Assembly (NCBI GenBank): GCA_054661495.1
Contig: BAAFSQ010000163.1
Location: forward strand, 1 to 22,525
Direction of reading: 5' to 3'
DNA from: Zygophlyctis sp. KS116
Taxonomy: Eukaryota > Fungi > Chytridiomycota
Length of the DNA: 22,525 nucleotides
Shown piece after piece: positions 9,267-20,800 of this stretch (position 1 is the stretch's first letter; the number at the start of each line of letters is the position of its first letter). Under the pieces are notes generated by a model that was not told the DNA's origin, made no database searches, and was given only the letters and a program-made list of their open reading frames with translations. A program made the position numbers and the translations under genes.

Positions 9267-9839
9267 TTATAATTTTGCAATTTTTAGACTTTTAGAAATT
9301 TGTAAAATACCAGAGAGAGCATATACTAGACTTGCAAGATGAAAAGATAATCCTAAATCCTTGAATAAAATTGGAAAATATTGTATGCAAAAAGTAATTA
9401 GTACTGTTGAAGGAATTGGAGTCCCTTCAAAAAACAATACTTTTCCATCGACACTAGTTTCATTTAGAGTAGAATTATATCTAGCCAATCTTAACACTCC
9501 ACAATTCACAAAAAACACTAGAAATATCATGTCCAGCAGAGAGTCTAGTCCATGTGAAAATCCCCAAACAGCTGGAGCAACCCCAAAAGCAATCAAGTCT
9601 GCCAAAGAGTCCAAGTCCTGTCCAATCACTGATCTAGAAAACAAACGAGCGATTTTTCCATCGAAAATATCAAAAAATAAAGAAAAAAACATTAAAACTA
9701 TTGAAATTTGAGAATAATATTCATCTTTTGAATTGCTGTAAAGGATGGAATTTAAAATAGATAATAGTCCACAGGATGAGTTACCCAGGGTTACAATATC
9801 TGCCAGAGATAGCATTTTAACAAGAGAAAATCTTGTCAT
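9267..9839 (-). CDS. CHO1: CDP-diacylglycerol--serine O-phosphatidyltransferase (phosphatidylserine synthase)
   Basis: CDP-alcohol phosphotransferase motif DIFDGKIAR...GQDLDSLADLIAFGVAP, plus RLARYN, FEGTPIP and ISKSLKI. Confidence 0.93.
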   Translation of the reverse strand: MTRFSLVKMLSLADIVTLGNSSCGLLSILNSILYSNSKDEYYSQISIVLMFFSLFFDIFDGKIARLFSRSVIGQDLDSLADLIAFGVAPAVWGFSHGLDSLLDMIFLVFFVNCGVLRLARYNSTLNETSVDGKVLFFEGTPIPSTVLITFCIQYFPILFKDLGLSFHLASLVYALSGILQISKSLKIAKL

Positions 9840-10061
9840 TTTTACAAGGGTTTAGCAAGGGTCTTTCTTGTCTCTACCAAGTCTCTATTTAATAAGTCAA
9901 AACTTTTAAATTTTATTAATACTTAGAGTTTGTAGTCCGTCTCTTTTGAGTAATTAAATCAGGTATAATGTCCATTGAGTTAATACTCGATATGAAACCG
10001 TCTGAAAACAAGAATTTGAAAGAAACAGTAAATTTTTTTTGCTCAAAACAAATTTTTCTTG

Positions 10062-10682
10062 ATGTTATCAGTTGACAGGAATTGGGATTTTTCTCTGGAA
10101 GATAGAATATTGCTGGTTGGAGAGGGGGATTTTTCTTTTGCATGCTGGCTTTGTGAATATTTGACGGATGGATCAAACATTACGGCAACTGCTTTTGACT
10201 CTGTGGAAACTGCAGAGATCAAGTATCCAAATTTACAAGAGAAATTAGAAATTTTACAAGACTATGAAGCAAAGGTGTATTTCAATATTGATGCAACAAA
10301 TTTAAAGAATAAGAAAATCAAGGTTTATGACAAAATTATATTTAATTTTCCTCATGCTGGAAGAGGGATTAAAGATCAAGATCGAAATATTTTATGTAAT
10401 CAAGAACTGCTTCTTGGGTTTTTGTCTCAAGCAGAAAGTTATTTGGCAGAATTTGGTAGGATTTACGTGACTCTAAAATTGGGGATTCCATATGATCTTT
10501 GGGATTTAAAAAAGATATCGGTTAAATGTGGGTATGCAACCTTGAAATCTTTTGTTTTTAATCCAAAAGATTATCCAGGTTATGCACATAGAAGGACAAT
10601 AGGTTTTAAAGAAGGAGTCTCAAAAGATGATTCTCAAGAATGCAAAAATTGTAGAACTTGGTGTTTTATAAAAAAGTCATAG
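10062..10682 (+). CDS. BMT5: 25S rRNA uridine-N3 methyltransferase BMT5-like (DUF2431)
   Basis: ILLVGEGDFSF, IDAT, IIFNFPHAG, DQDRNI..NQ.LL and YPGYAHRRT. Start placed at ATG 10062, uncertain. Confidence 0.88.
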   Translation: MLSVDRNWDFSLEDRILLVGEGDFSFACWLCEYLTDGSNITATAFDSVETAEIKYPNLQEKLEILQDYEAKVYFNIDATNLKNKKIKVYDKIIFNFPHAGRGIKDQDRNILCNQELLLGFLSQAESYLAEFGRIYVTLKLGIPYDLWDLKKISVKCGYATLKSFVFNPKDYPGYAHRRTIGFKEGVSKDDSQECKNCRTWCFIKKS

Positions 10683-13197
10683 AATTTTTACACTTTCAAG
10701 ATGATCGATTTCAATTGGTTCGGGATCAATGAAATTCTCTTCGCCTCGCATTAGTTTTTCTACATATTGTTGTCGACTTATTGAGACTTTGACTTGCCGA
10801 GGCATGGAAGGATTAAGAAATACAACCAAGAGTAATACGAGTAATACAGAGTGTTCAAAGATGAGAATGAAAACAAGCCGTCCAATCCATTTTTGATCAG
10901 GTTCAAATGATGATAGATATGCCTCCTCAAAATATGTAGAAGTAAACGCAATTATAGACGCATTCATGGCTACTCCTATAAATGATAATCCAGTGATCCA
11001 TCTTTCCCAAATACCTATATTTCTCGCTATATTTTAGTACAATATTCTTACCTTGGTGGGAAAACGGCCTTTTATATCTAGTCACGATATTGATAGTATC
11101 AATCTTTCTTTGAAGAATATTGTGGACTAAGGCGAGGAGTGGAGCTACAGGAAATGCCACAGAGAAAAGTACTATAAAACCAAACTGTACAGTGGCAGCT
11201 AAATATCCATCCATCTCGACATTCTTTAGTTCTACATTCGTAAGGTAAGCGTCGCATAGCAATTGGGGATATTTCTTATTCTGGGTTATTTCATAATGAC
11301 GTTGTCTGATTGTCCAAAAGTTTTTAAGATAGAAAATAAGACTATTTTCCATGTAGGCATCATACAATTTTTTTAGCAGGGGCTCTAATACATTTAGAAC
11401 ATGTGCTACCACTGATCTCGTTAAAAATATGACTGTCTGTATTTTAGAGATTATAGCATACCATTTGAATTGTTAACTCCATCATGCAGTTCCGATTGAT
11501 GCATTCTGACTTCAAGGAGTTACTACCGTATAAAGGCATATCAGTTCTTTGAATCCAAATATTCACAACAGCCACATATATTATGATACCATAGTAATTT
11601 ACAAAATGAAAAACCAAATGCTTAAAAATGAGCAGATTCATATTGCGAAAAGTTTTTATGATTCTCAAAATCGGTGAGCTTTTTAGATATGTACATTCCA
11701 ATTGGCTGCAAGACTGCGATAGTTATAAAATATAGCGAGGCGGATATAGTTGTAGAATACGTTGTTATTTCCGGATAATAAGACCTTAAAGCACTATGAT
11801 ACCAAACATAAAGAGCAATATTTGAAACAGCCATTAAAAACTACTTCATAAAACGTTAAAAATACCAAAATAAGGATCGACCATCCAGAAACGAAATAAA
11901 GCCAAATTCTAGTTTCAAATGGCTCAAATGGCTCTAGCTTTCCAGTAATTTGATTTCGCCTCGTATACTTGGGACTCCAGAGTGGCCTTTGAGTTTCCTT
12001 ATGAACCAGTGTAGCAGTACTCCACTGTGAAGATAGAGTCGCTTGCCGCCTTGCCCAAAATTGAATATAAAGTACTCCCCAACAAGAGATAAACCACGCA
12101 TACGGTAAAGTTAAAGGATTGTCGAAAACATTTGCATAAATTTGATCTGATGTGGAATTGTAGCGAAGTTTCCAATTTGAATCAAAAAATGAATGAAAAA
12201 CACCATAAACAAATACAAAAGATCCAACCATGCCTGCTACAAATAACCAAAAAGAATAATGTCCCATCCATGCATATTGAAATGCAATTCTTTCCCCAAA
12301 ATATAATCGTACTCTATGAATGGGCTGGCATTTAATCCACCCCCTCCAAATCTGATATAAAATCGCTCTTTGATTAGGAGCGCTACCAACCTCATACGCA
12401 CTACCATCATGAAGAGCAAATGCACAAATATATACCCCATCTTCAAGCAGGATTTCTATATCTTTTTTAGATCCTTTGCGATTTGCAATCTTTACTCTAC
12501 TAACAACTCCATGAGTTACTAGATTTCGCTGAGAATTTGTAAATAAATTTAGTCTTGACTTCATCCCATTTTCTATCTCCTCTTGACTTAAAAAATGATT
12601 AATATTATCCATTGAGAATTTCGCACTTATATTTTCTATTTCTGCGTCTTGATCATTCAAGTACCATCTATTGAAAAACAGCTCCAAAAATGAATACGGT
12701 GTTTCTTTTTCAATTTGCGATAATAATTTCTTCAATGATATAAACTGCAAAGACTATATAATGAGCTATACAAAGTACCTTTAATGGGATCCTAATAGAT
12801 AGCCGTTCAGCCTCGCATGCCAACTTTTGAAAAGGACAATAAACCTTTACATATGAATTTACAGAGTCCCTATCTAATTCCCTTTCTAAAACCAGTCCTT
12901 CCTTTAATAAAGCGTATTCAAACTGTTTTCGGACACCATCACTGCAATCCGTTCTATTGTACATTAACACATAGTCCCAATGAGTCTGTTCTTTTAAATA
13001 TACAACTGTTATTAGTTTTTATGATTTGTACTTGATACTAGAGCATCGCCTAAAGGGAAACTAGAATACCTGTCCAAAGCTTCATTCATTGTGAGATGAT
13101 TCTTGTTGCTTCTAATTGAATTGTACAATTCGACATCTTCAAAACTACAAAATAAAATCTCTCGATCTTGTATTGTTTTGATATAGATTTTGGTCAT
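10677..13197 (-). CDS. Anoctamin/TMEM16 paralog A, with a frameshift near 11630
   Basis: Introns 13006-13031, 12754-12778, 11841-11865, 11437-11461 and 11027-11051. Motifs QPIHRVRLYFGERIAF, LTDFENH, QFGFIVLFSVAFPVAP, RPF..ARNIGIW and FILIFEH. Spliced length 2395 nt is not a multiple of 3. Confidence 0.88.
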
Positions 13198-13224
13198 AGT
13201 AAAATGAAAGATTGTCGGAATTTC

Positions 13225-13272
13225 AAGCGCAATCTTATCTATTAAGCGCAACTAAAGCGCAATTTTAAGCGT
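13225..13272. promoter_or_regulatory. Cluster of AAGCGCAA motifs between the two anoctamins
   Basis: AAGCGCAA at 13225, 13244 and 13255, and AAGCGT at 13267, within a 75-nt intergenic gap. Regulatory role inferred from position only. Confidence 0.45.
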
Positions 13273-16020
13273 TCAAACGGGACTGTTTAATTCAATGTCC
13301 GGATATCTTGGATCATAATCTGGATTGAATGGGGGAGGATTTGGTTCATCCATGGGTAAATCATACATGTCTTCATCAGTCTCCCCATTCAAAATCTTTT
13401 CCAGATAATAATGCCGTTCTATAGCATTTGCAACTTTTTCTGGTACTTTTGGTAAAAATAAATTGAAAATATAAACAGTCAGTAGAACTGCATTCTGGAA
13501 ACAAAGAATGAATCCTAATCTAGCACCCCATTTTCCAAGATCTGAAGTGAAATATCCTATATATTGAGTTTCAAAATAAGGAGAAGAAAATGCTATTATT
13601 GTTGGATTTATGATTGCAGCTAATTTAGAAAAAATTGAAATCCATGTTTCCCATGCTCCTATATCATTATCTTGAAGAGCAAAAGGTCTTTTATATCTTT
13701 GCAAAAGATGATTAGAGTCTTTAAGTTAAGAAATAAAAAATACCAATCCTTTTCTGAATAATATTGTGTAATGCTGCAAAAAAGGGCGCAACAGGAAAGC
13801 TTACAGAGAAAAATACGACAAATCCAAATTGAATTACTGCAGTATTATATCCATCCAAAGAAATATGCATATGATCGATGCTATAAAGTTATCAAAAGAT
13901 TATTACTTTGCCAAGACAGAATCTTCAAAGAATTGTGGCACCCGAGAAGATGATAATGAAGCACCTTCCTCTGAACTTAGAATTTTTGATTTTAGAATTC
14001 TGGATTTTCCCAAATCTTTAATTTTCTTTCTTGACTTCTTTCCTCTAGCTGCTAATTTGATTGCATTCTCTACAAGCGGGAACATGAAATTAATAAAATG
14101 TGTCAGAAATGATTTGCCGAGGAAAATGACTCCCTTTATCTTAGATGGTGATTTTTACCATTTGAATTGTTAGCTCCAAAAGGCAATTATTGTATATGCA
14201 TTTTTCATTCAGTTCAATGCTAGAGAAAGAACCTAATTGACCTTCTTGGACCCATTTCTTTACCAGAGCAATGTAGAATAGTGTACCGTAAAAATTTATG
14301 AAATCAAACAGCATAAATTTTGAAATGATGGAGTCTTTTGCATTAAGTTAAATTAATCATTTACCTTGATGACTGGTTGCCTTTTTATGGTTTTCTTTTT
14401 CAGTTAATCTTTCATAAATCTTTTTAATGCTTACTTTTTAGATATGTATCTTGAAAAATAACTTAAAATCAGCGATGCAAATAGAGAGATAGCGGCACTT
14501 GTAAGAGGAGCGTAGTACTTGATTTCAGGGTAGTTATTTTCAAGAAAAGATGCAAGAACAGCATTGTAAACGACGTATGATTCTACAACCACCAGCATTA
14601 TGACACACATAATAGATATTAGCGTCCATGAGATTATCTTAACTTTTGTTTGCTCCGCATAAGAGATATATGGTTCCAGTTTCCCTGTAACCGTGCTTAG
14701 TCCCAATTGATTATGCTTCCATCCTGGTCTAAGTGGCTCTTCATAGCTAAAATTGATCATATTCCATTTAACCATCAAAAATTGATTACGTCTTTTCCAC
14801 CATTGAACATAAATGATAGCTAATTAGTTAATTAAAGGTTAAATTACACCAAACAGACATAAAGAAAGCAAAAGGAACCGTAAGAGCCTATTTTATCAAA
14901 TCAATTCAAGATTTACATTATCAAAAGCTTTACTGATTCTCATAACAGACTCTTCATTATATTTGATTGAGCTTCAATTAAGAAAAATATTCTTTACCTG
15001 ATTTTTACAGATGAGAATGATATGTAAATTCCATAAATTGTTACGGCTAAACCCACAAATCCAGCTAGAAATAGCCAAAATGTATAATGCTCTAGCCATG
15101 CAAAGTAAAAAGCAATTTTTTCCCCATAGTAGTCTCTAATCATTTGAATCGGTTGAGGAGTTAGCATGGACCTCCATTTTGTCATTAGATCAGATCTAAG
15201 GTTGTCAACAGAATTAAATCCTTTTGATCCATCATGCGGAGTATAAAAACTGAAATAGACATTAAGGTTTATAAGATGAAATAAATCTTTTGGTTCTCCC
15301 TTTGCATTCCGGAATCGCACTCGAGTCACAATATTATACACCATCAAGTTTCTAGTGGCGGATGAGAATAGTTTTAAAATGGCGTGTATCTTTTCGTCCG
15401 ATCCTTCATCAATAAACCAATCCAACTTGGATTTTCTAAATTGCGCATGTAACTGGGTCATTTCCGCATTATCATTAGTCTCCCAATAGTCATACTTGAA
15501 TTTGACCTTTTTTTCATCTTGTTCAATTGCTCTCCTGATGTGATCAAGAGATTTTGACTTTAAAATAAATTCCCGATTTCATACCTTTAGCGGCAACTGC
15601 ATTTTAAATCGTTCAGCTGCAGTGAGCATTCTATCAAAAGGGCAAAGTATCTTTAAAAAGGCATCAGACTTTCCTAAATCTTAAGCTCCATTTTATCTCA
15701 CCATCAGGCGCAGCTTCCCTTTCTAGGACCAATCCTTCCTGAAGCAAACAATACTCAAATACATTTCGAGATCTTTTGTGCTTATTATTTGCAGTATCGT
15801 ATCTTAGAATAGCGTCCCATTTAACCTTTTCTTTTTGATAAATCAGCTTTACATAAGCGTCCCCCATCGCATCTCCAGCATATGCTTCTAAAGCATCCAT
15901 CATGTTATCATACTTTGTTTCTAATATCATATCATACAGATCAGTGTCTTTAGTATCTAAAAACAATAGCTCTTTTAACCCATTCTTTCGGACGATAATC
16001 TTTGGACCATTTTGCGCCAT
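13273..16020 (-). CDS. Anoctamin/TMEM16 paralog B (825 aa)
   Basis: Ten introns: 15674-15701, 15558-15584, 14972-14997, 14888-14916, 14820-14847, 14409-14434, 14335-14364, 14134-14158, 13881-13906 and 13719-13743. Motifs QPIQMIRDYYGEKIAFYFAWL, ENHK, QFGFVVFFSVSFPVAP and RP....DIGAW. Spliced length 2478 nt. Confidence 0.92.
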
Positions 16021-16074
16021 AATAATCAAGTTCGGACATTTTATTTATCCTGCAATACTCATGCACAATCAAAA

Positions 16075-17033
16075 TTAATTTGACTGTAACGTCCTAGATA
16101 TCATGCGAAGAGGAGGACACCCGCATGATTCGTGACAGCATTTCACAACATAGTAAAGAAGACGGTATATAAGCAGCACATCCGACTCATTGTAAGAGTA
16201 GAGATCAAGGTGAAAATCTCTACTTTGCCAAAGCAACCCATCATTATCAATGTAAATAACTCTCCATGTCTCTGCATCTGACTGTACTGCCCAAATATTC
16301 TTATTAGCCTTTCCAGCATCAACTCGAATTTTGTATAGAGAAGCTGCTTGAGCAAAACAATTCAAAAGATCATCTGCTCCAAGTTTGTTTTTAGCCTCTA
16401 AAGCAATCAAATGATTATCCATAGGAAATGATTTTGCAAACAGGTCATCATTTCTTGTAAATCCAATCGTATAATCCATCTTTCCACTCATTTGTAATTT
16501 TTCAAAAATACCAGTATCCCCTTTGACAATTCCATTTGCAGAGAATTCCAATCCCTTGTAAATCCATAAACTATTTCCAAATTCTTGCCTGAGAAGAATA
16601 TCACTTAAGAATAAATCTATAAATACTACATGTGAACCTTGATTAAACTGATGAAATACTTGACCAATCTCTTCAAATTTAGTCTGAAATCCAGTCCTTG
16701 GAAGTATATTAACATCGATATTTCCGATAAGACATATCAACTCCAGTCACCAAATGTATCCATTTTCTACCAGATTCAGAGAATGTTCGATCCCGGGACG
16801 GTGCAGTTTCCAAGTATTTTTGTAAGATTTCTAAATATCTTGATTTTTCTTGTTTTGTCTCTTCTATCAACTCTTTTGCTGATTGTAGATCGAATTCCTC
16901 ATCTCCGCTAATCGTTTCTCTTGTTCCTTTTCAGCAGATTGATTATAGTCTTGCTGTATTCTTCTATTTCTGATTCAATATTAGCCAATCTCCTCTTGAC
17001 CCAATCTATTTTATGATTAAATTCCAGAGTCAT
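16075..17033 (-). pseudogene. Frameshifted coiled-coil plus PD-(D/E)xK restriction-endonuclease-like protein (Crinkler-effector-type C-terminal domain)
   Basis: The open 3' part 16075-16740 has SGKMDYTIG...HLIALEAK and IWAVQSDAETWRVI. The 5' part from ATG 17033 needs about three frame changes with no usable GT-AG intron. Confidence 0.6.
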
Positions 17034-17105
17034 TTTTAGACAAGGAAATGCAAACTATTATTAAAAGCAAAAAACTATTTTATTCCAATTCTAAGAATTC
17101 CACAA

Positions 17106-17861
17106 TTAACTTAACCGTTGTTTCTTTAAAGCAACTTGTTCTGATGAATTTTCCTAAAATAAATTTAAATATATTTACATCATCTAGCTCATCTTCTCCA
17201 GCCTCAAACTCTTCTTCTTCATCAAATTCATCTTCTTGATCATCTTCTTCTTCTGCATCTTCTGGTTCTTCTTCACGTGAATTTCCGTCTTCTTCTTCAC
17301 GTGAATTTCCGTCTTCTTCTTGACGTGAATTTCCTTCTTCTTCTTCAGAATTTTCATCTTCTTCTTTAGCAGATCCATCATCACTCTCTTCCTCTCCACT
17401 AGAATACTCTACTTCCTCTCCATTTCTGGCCCTAAAGTCTAGTGATTCTAGGTTTGGTAAGAGGTTGAATATAAGGGCACGTTTCTCTTCTGAATTTGTG
17501 AGTGGAGTTTCTACTAAATTTAAATATTTTAATTGAATTAATGTTTTCTGGAATTTTAATTGTATTAACTTACCAATGGTTGAAGAGAGTCTAGAGTTAA
17601 TTTTTTATTGTTTGATAAATCAAGTCTAGTTAGTAGTGGACAATTTTTAAGTGGAGATAAATCTGTGAGTTTATTGTCCATTAAATCCAACTATTGTTAA
17701 AATTAGAATTTTTTTACCTTTGTTAAATTTGGCATATGAGGGAAATTTGCTATTGATGTTAAACCACAATTGTTGAGAGATAGGTATATAACATTTTTAT
17801 CTATTTTAGGTAATAAACGATCAAATGGTTGACTCTGATGATCCAAAACTAACGACTTCAT
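17106..17861 (-). CDS. ANP32: Acidic leucine-rich nuclear phosphoprotein 32-like (225 aa)
   Basis: Introns 17691-17717, 17548-17573 and 17154-17178. LRRs (LSLNNCGLTSIANFPHMPNLTKLDLMDNKL), LRR cap (RALIFNLLPNLESLD), acidic tail and terminal KKQR. Confidence 0.85.
17266..17346 (-). repeat. 24-bp tandem repeat, 3 copies, in the ANP32 acidic tail
   Basis: GAAGAAGAAGACGGAAATTCACGT units encoding EEEDGNSR. Confidence 0.9.
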
Positions 17862-17896
17862 TAAGAAAAAAATTTTACTCGAAAAATTGCGCGATT

Positions 17897-20800
17897 TTAG
17901 TCATCATCACTTTCTATTATAGACTTTGTCTTTTTCTTAGTTTCTTCGTCATTCTCAACTACTTTAATAGATTCAGTAGATTCCATAGGCTCTACATTGT
18001 CATCAGACTCATCATCACTTTCAATAATGGCTTTACTGAGAGTTGATGATTTACCCTTTACAGATTCTACAGATTCAAGGGTGTCATTAGTAAGTTCTTC
18101 TTCAACCTTGTTGATTTCTTCCTTTACAGGTTTAGTCTTTTTTCTTTTTTTAACAACAGGTCCAGAGGATTCATCTGATGATTCCTGTTTGATTTTTTTA
18201 GTAGTCTTTCGTTCACTATAATTCTTCATTTTTTCATTTTCTAAAGCCATTAAAGCTTTAAGTTCTAGTCTTTTTCTTTCGATTTCTTCCTGTTCAAGTC
18301 TTTCATTTTCTTGCTGACGGGCCTTTTATCTAAATATTTAAAAAATTACAATTTTTTCTAGTTTTTCTGCCTCGGCACGATCCCTTTCCGATTTCATTTC
18401 TTCCAGTCTTTCATTTTTGATTCGATCTAGTGTTTCAGTCTCATGAATTTTTTTTTGGAGAATTCTTAGTACTACAGATACAAATTCTGCTCGCTTTTTT
18501 GCATGTTCGGCTATGAAACCAGAGGATTTATCAGTGGTAGATTGAGAGAGTTGAGTAAATATTCTATGATTAGTTACATTAAATTTACTCCATTGTAGCT
18601 TCTACTCGAGGAATAGCGCTTTTCATTGCAGCCAATGAACGCTTTTCCAGAGGCTGGTCAGTCAAAAGTAATCCATATTGCTGTTCAAGAAGGGCCCAAT
18701 TGAATTGAGTCGCCAAATCATCAGGGAAAAGTTCTTTGGCTTTTGTTAAATGTTTTTGTGCTGATTTCAGGATATCCACATTTTTGCCTTGTTTTGCTAC
18801 ACTGTAAAGAGCTTTTGCAAGAGCATTGTAAACAAAGGGATCATTTTGATGACTATTTTTCTTCAAAATACTTTCAAACTAGCTATGAGCATTCTTTTCT
18901 ATTACCAATGTTGCTGCTTGATGAAACTGCCCAAGATCCATCAGAATAAATGCCAGATTGATGGTGATCTGATAAAGTGGGGCCACTTCTTGAACCTAAT
19001 TAATTTACTTAAGTTGATATTACCTGGGTATAAATATCACGTGCCATTGGAAGCTCTTTCATTTCTGCCATTACAGATCCAATCCCAGCTGCTGCGTACA
19101 GGTTAAACGGCTTAATTTTTATGGCACGATCAAAAAATTCAAACGATTTGTTCAAATGATCCTGTCTTTGTTTGTTATATGCATCTTTTTCTTCTTTCTT
19201 GTTCATATCTTTTGGAGGTGCTAAATAATAATGCATTTTCAGGTATAAGTTTCCATACATTGTCAATGCGTAAGGATCATGCTTATCAATTTTTGTTAAA
19301 ATATGATCAAGCACTCGCTTGACCCTTGTCCAGTCTTTGTTTTGAAAATAACACAAGCCAAGTATATGCCAAGCCTGGAGATTTTCTTTATCATATTCAG
19401 TAATTTCCTTAAGCATTCCGATAGCTTCGCTTGTTTTTTTCTCCTTATATCGCATTGAGGCGAGTCGGAGCAGTGCTAAGATTAGACAGTTTGCTTAATT
19501 ACAATCCAAATACGAAGGGTGTGCTTCAATCAGCTCGAGATACATTGATTCCGCCTTTTCAGAATCCCCCAACATTTCATATAAAGTTGCAATGTTGAAC
19601 TTTATTGTAACTTTGCTAGCTTCGGAAGTATTGGAATTTTGCATATCAGTCATTTTTAAGGCTTCAGCGTAAAGCATTTTAATTTTTTCGACTCCTTCTG
19701 AATCAACAGATTCCATCTGAATTTGATTCATAACTGCGACATTATTTAAAAGTTCCGCTGGTATCTTGTAATTTTCAGTATTTTGAAGAATTTGCAAAGC
19801 GTGCTCGCAATCTAAAATTTAGAATTCTTCATTTACATTTCATCGCCTGCTGAATATCTGTATCTTCTAAAAGTGCGGCCCATTCAATTAAAACTTCAAA
19901 GTCGAACAAATATTCGCTTTCAGTCAGTTCGATTCCGGGTCCAACTTCATCCGATCGATAAGTCTTCATCAAATTCTTCATTTTTTCATAGAATGAAAAT
20001 GCTTTGGGTCGTGTATCTAGAGACTTTGAATATACAGTGGCCAATTTCTAATAATTTAAATCGCAAAGCAAATACCTTTATTGTTTCATAATTTTCAGGA
20101 TCTTTGGCAATGACCTTTTCAAAATGTAAAATTGACTTTTCCATTTCACCTTTATAAATATATAATTGTCCAAGCCCATAATTTAGCATAATGGAGTCAT
20201 TTCCTGAAATACTTTCAAAAATTTCCAAAGCAGCGTTATAATTCCCCTAATTTTATTTATAAAATTTAAAATACCTGAGCTTGAAAAATCAACCCCTTCA
20301 TGTATTTACAATCCACAACCAGTAAAGGAACATGCGAGTTTTTTAAAGAGGTTTCTACCAAGACTAAGGCCTATAATTATTATTATTATTTGTCGGCGTA
20401 CTTTTTGATATTGTCCCTTCTCAAAAAATCTTCGAGCCATTTCTAAAGCAACTGTAGAATTTTTTGGATTTAATTTAAAAGCTACTTGTAGACTCTGATT
20501 GGAGCTTGATCTAAATTTTGTAATTTCTTCCTTTGATAATCCCGAATCTTTAGAAGCATTCATATCCATAATTGAAGATAATGCCAAAGCATCAACATTT
20601 TCAGAATCTTTTTCTAAAGTCCTTTTAATAGCAGCTCTTGCTTCTTTCATCATTCCTAAATGATGAAAACAAATCGCAATATAAACACGAATATTTGGAA
20701 TATCTGAATCAATTCTAAAAATTGTTTGATAAACCTTTAAAGTTTCTTTAATATCTCCTTTTTGATTAAAAACCACAGCTTGACCAAATAATGCAGGAAT

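Noticed and set aside
9361-9711. 116 aa plus-strand ORF, and similar antisense ORFs such as 13829-14173 and 18789-19106
   Set aside because: Shadows of well-supported genes on the opposite strand, with no recognisable motifs.
9267-9839. Short intronless pssA-like gene considered as a bacterial horizontal transfer
   Set aside because: Fungal Cho1 belongs to this family natively. The N-terminal FSLV..LSLAD.VTL.N and C-terminal ISKSLKI look fungal, and composition matches the neighbours.
17266-17346. 24-bp repeats considered as a CRISPR-like array
   Set aside because: No spacers, in frame within the ANP32 acidic tail, and a eukaryotic context.
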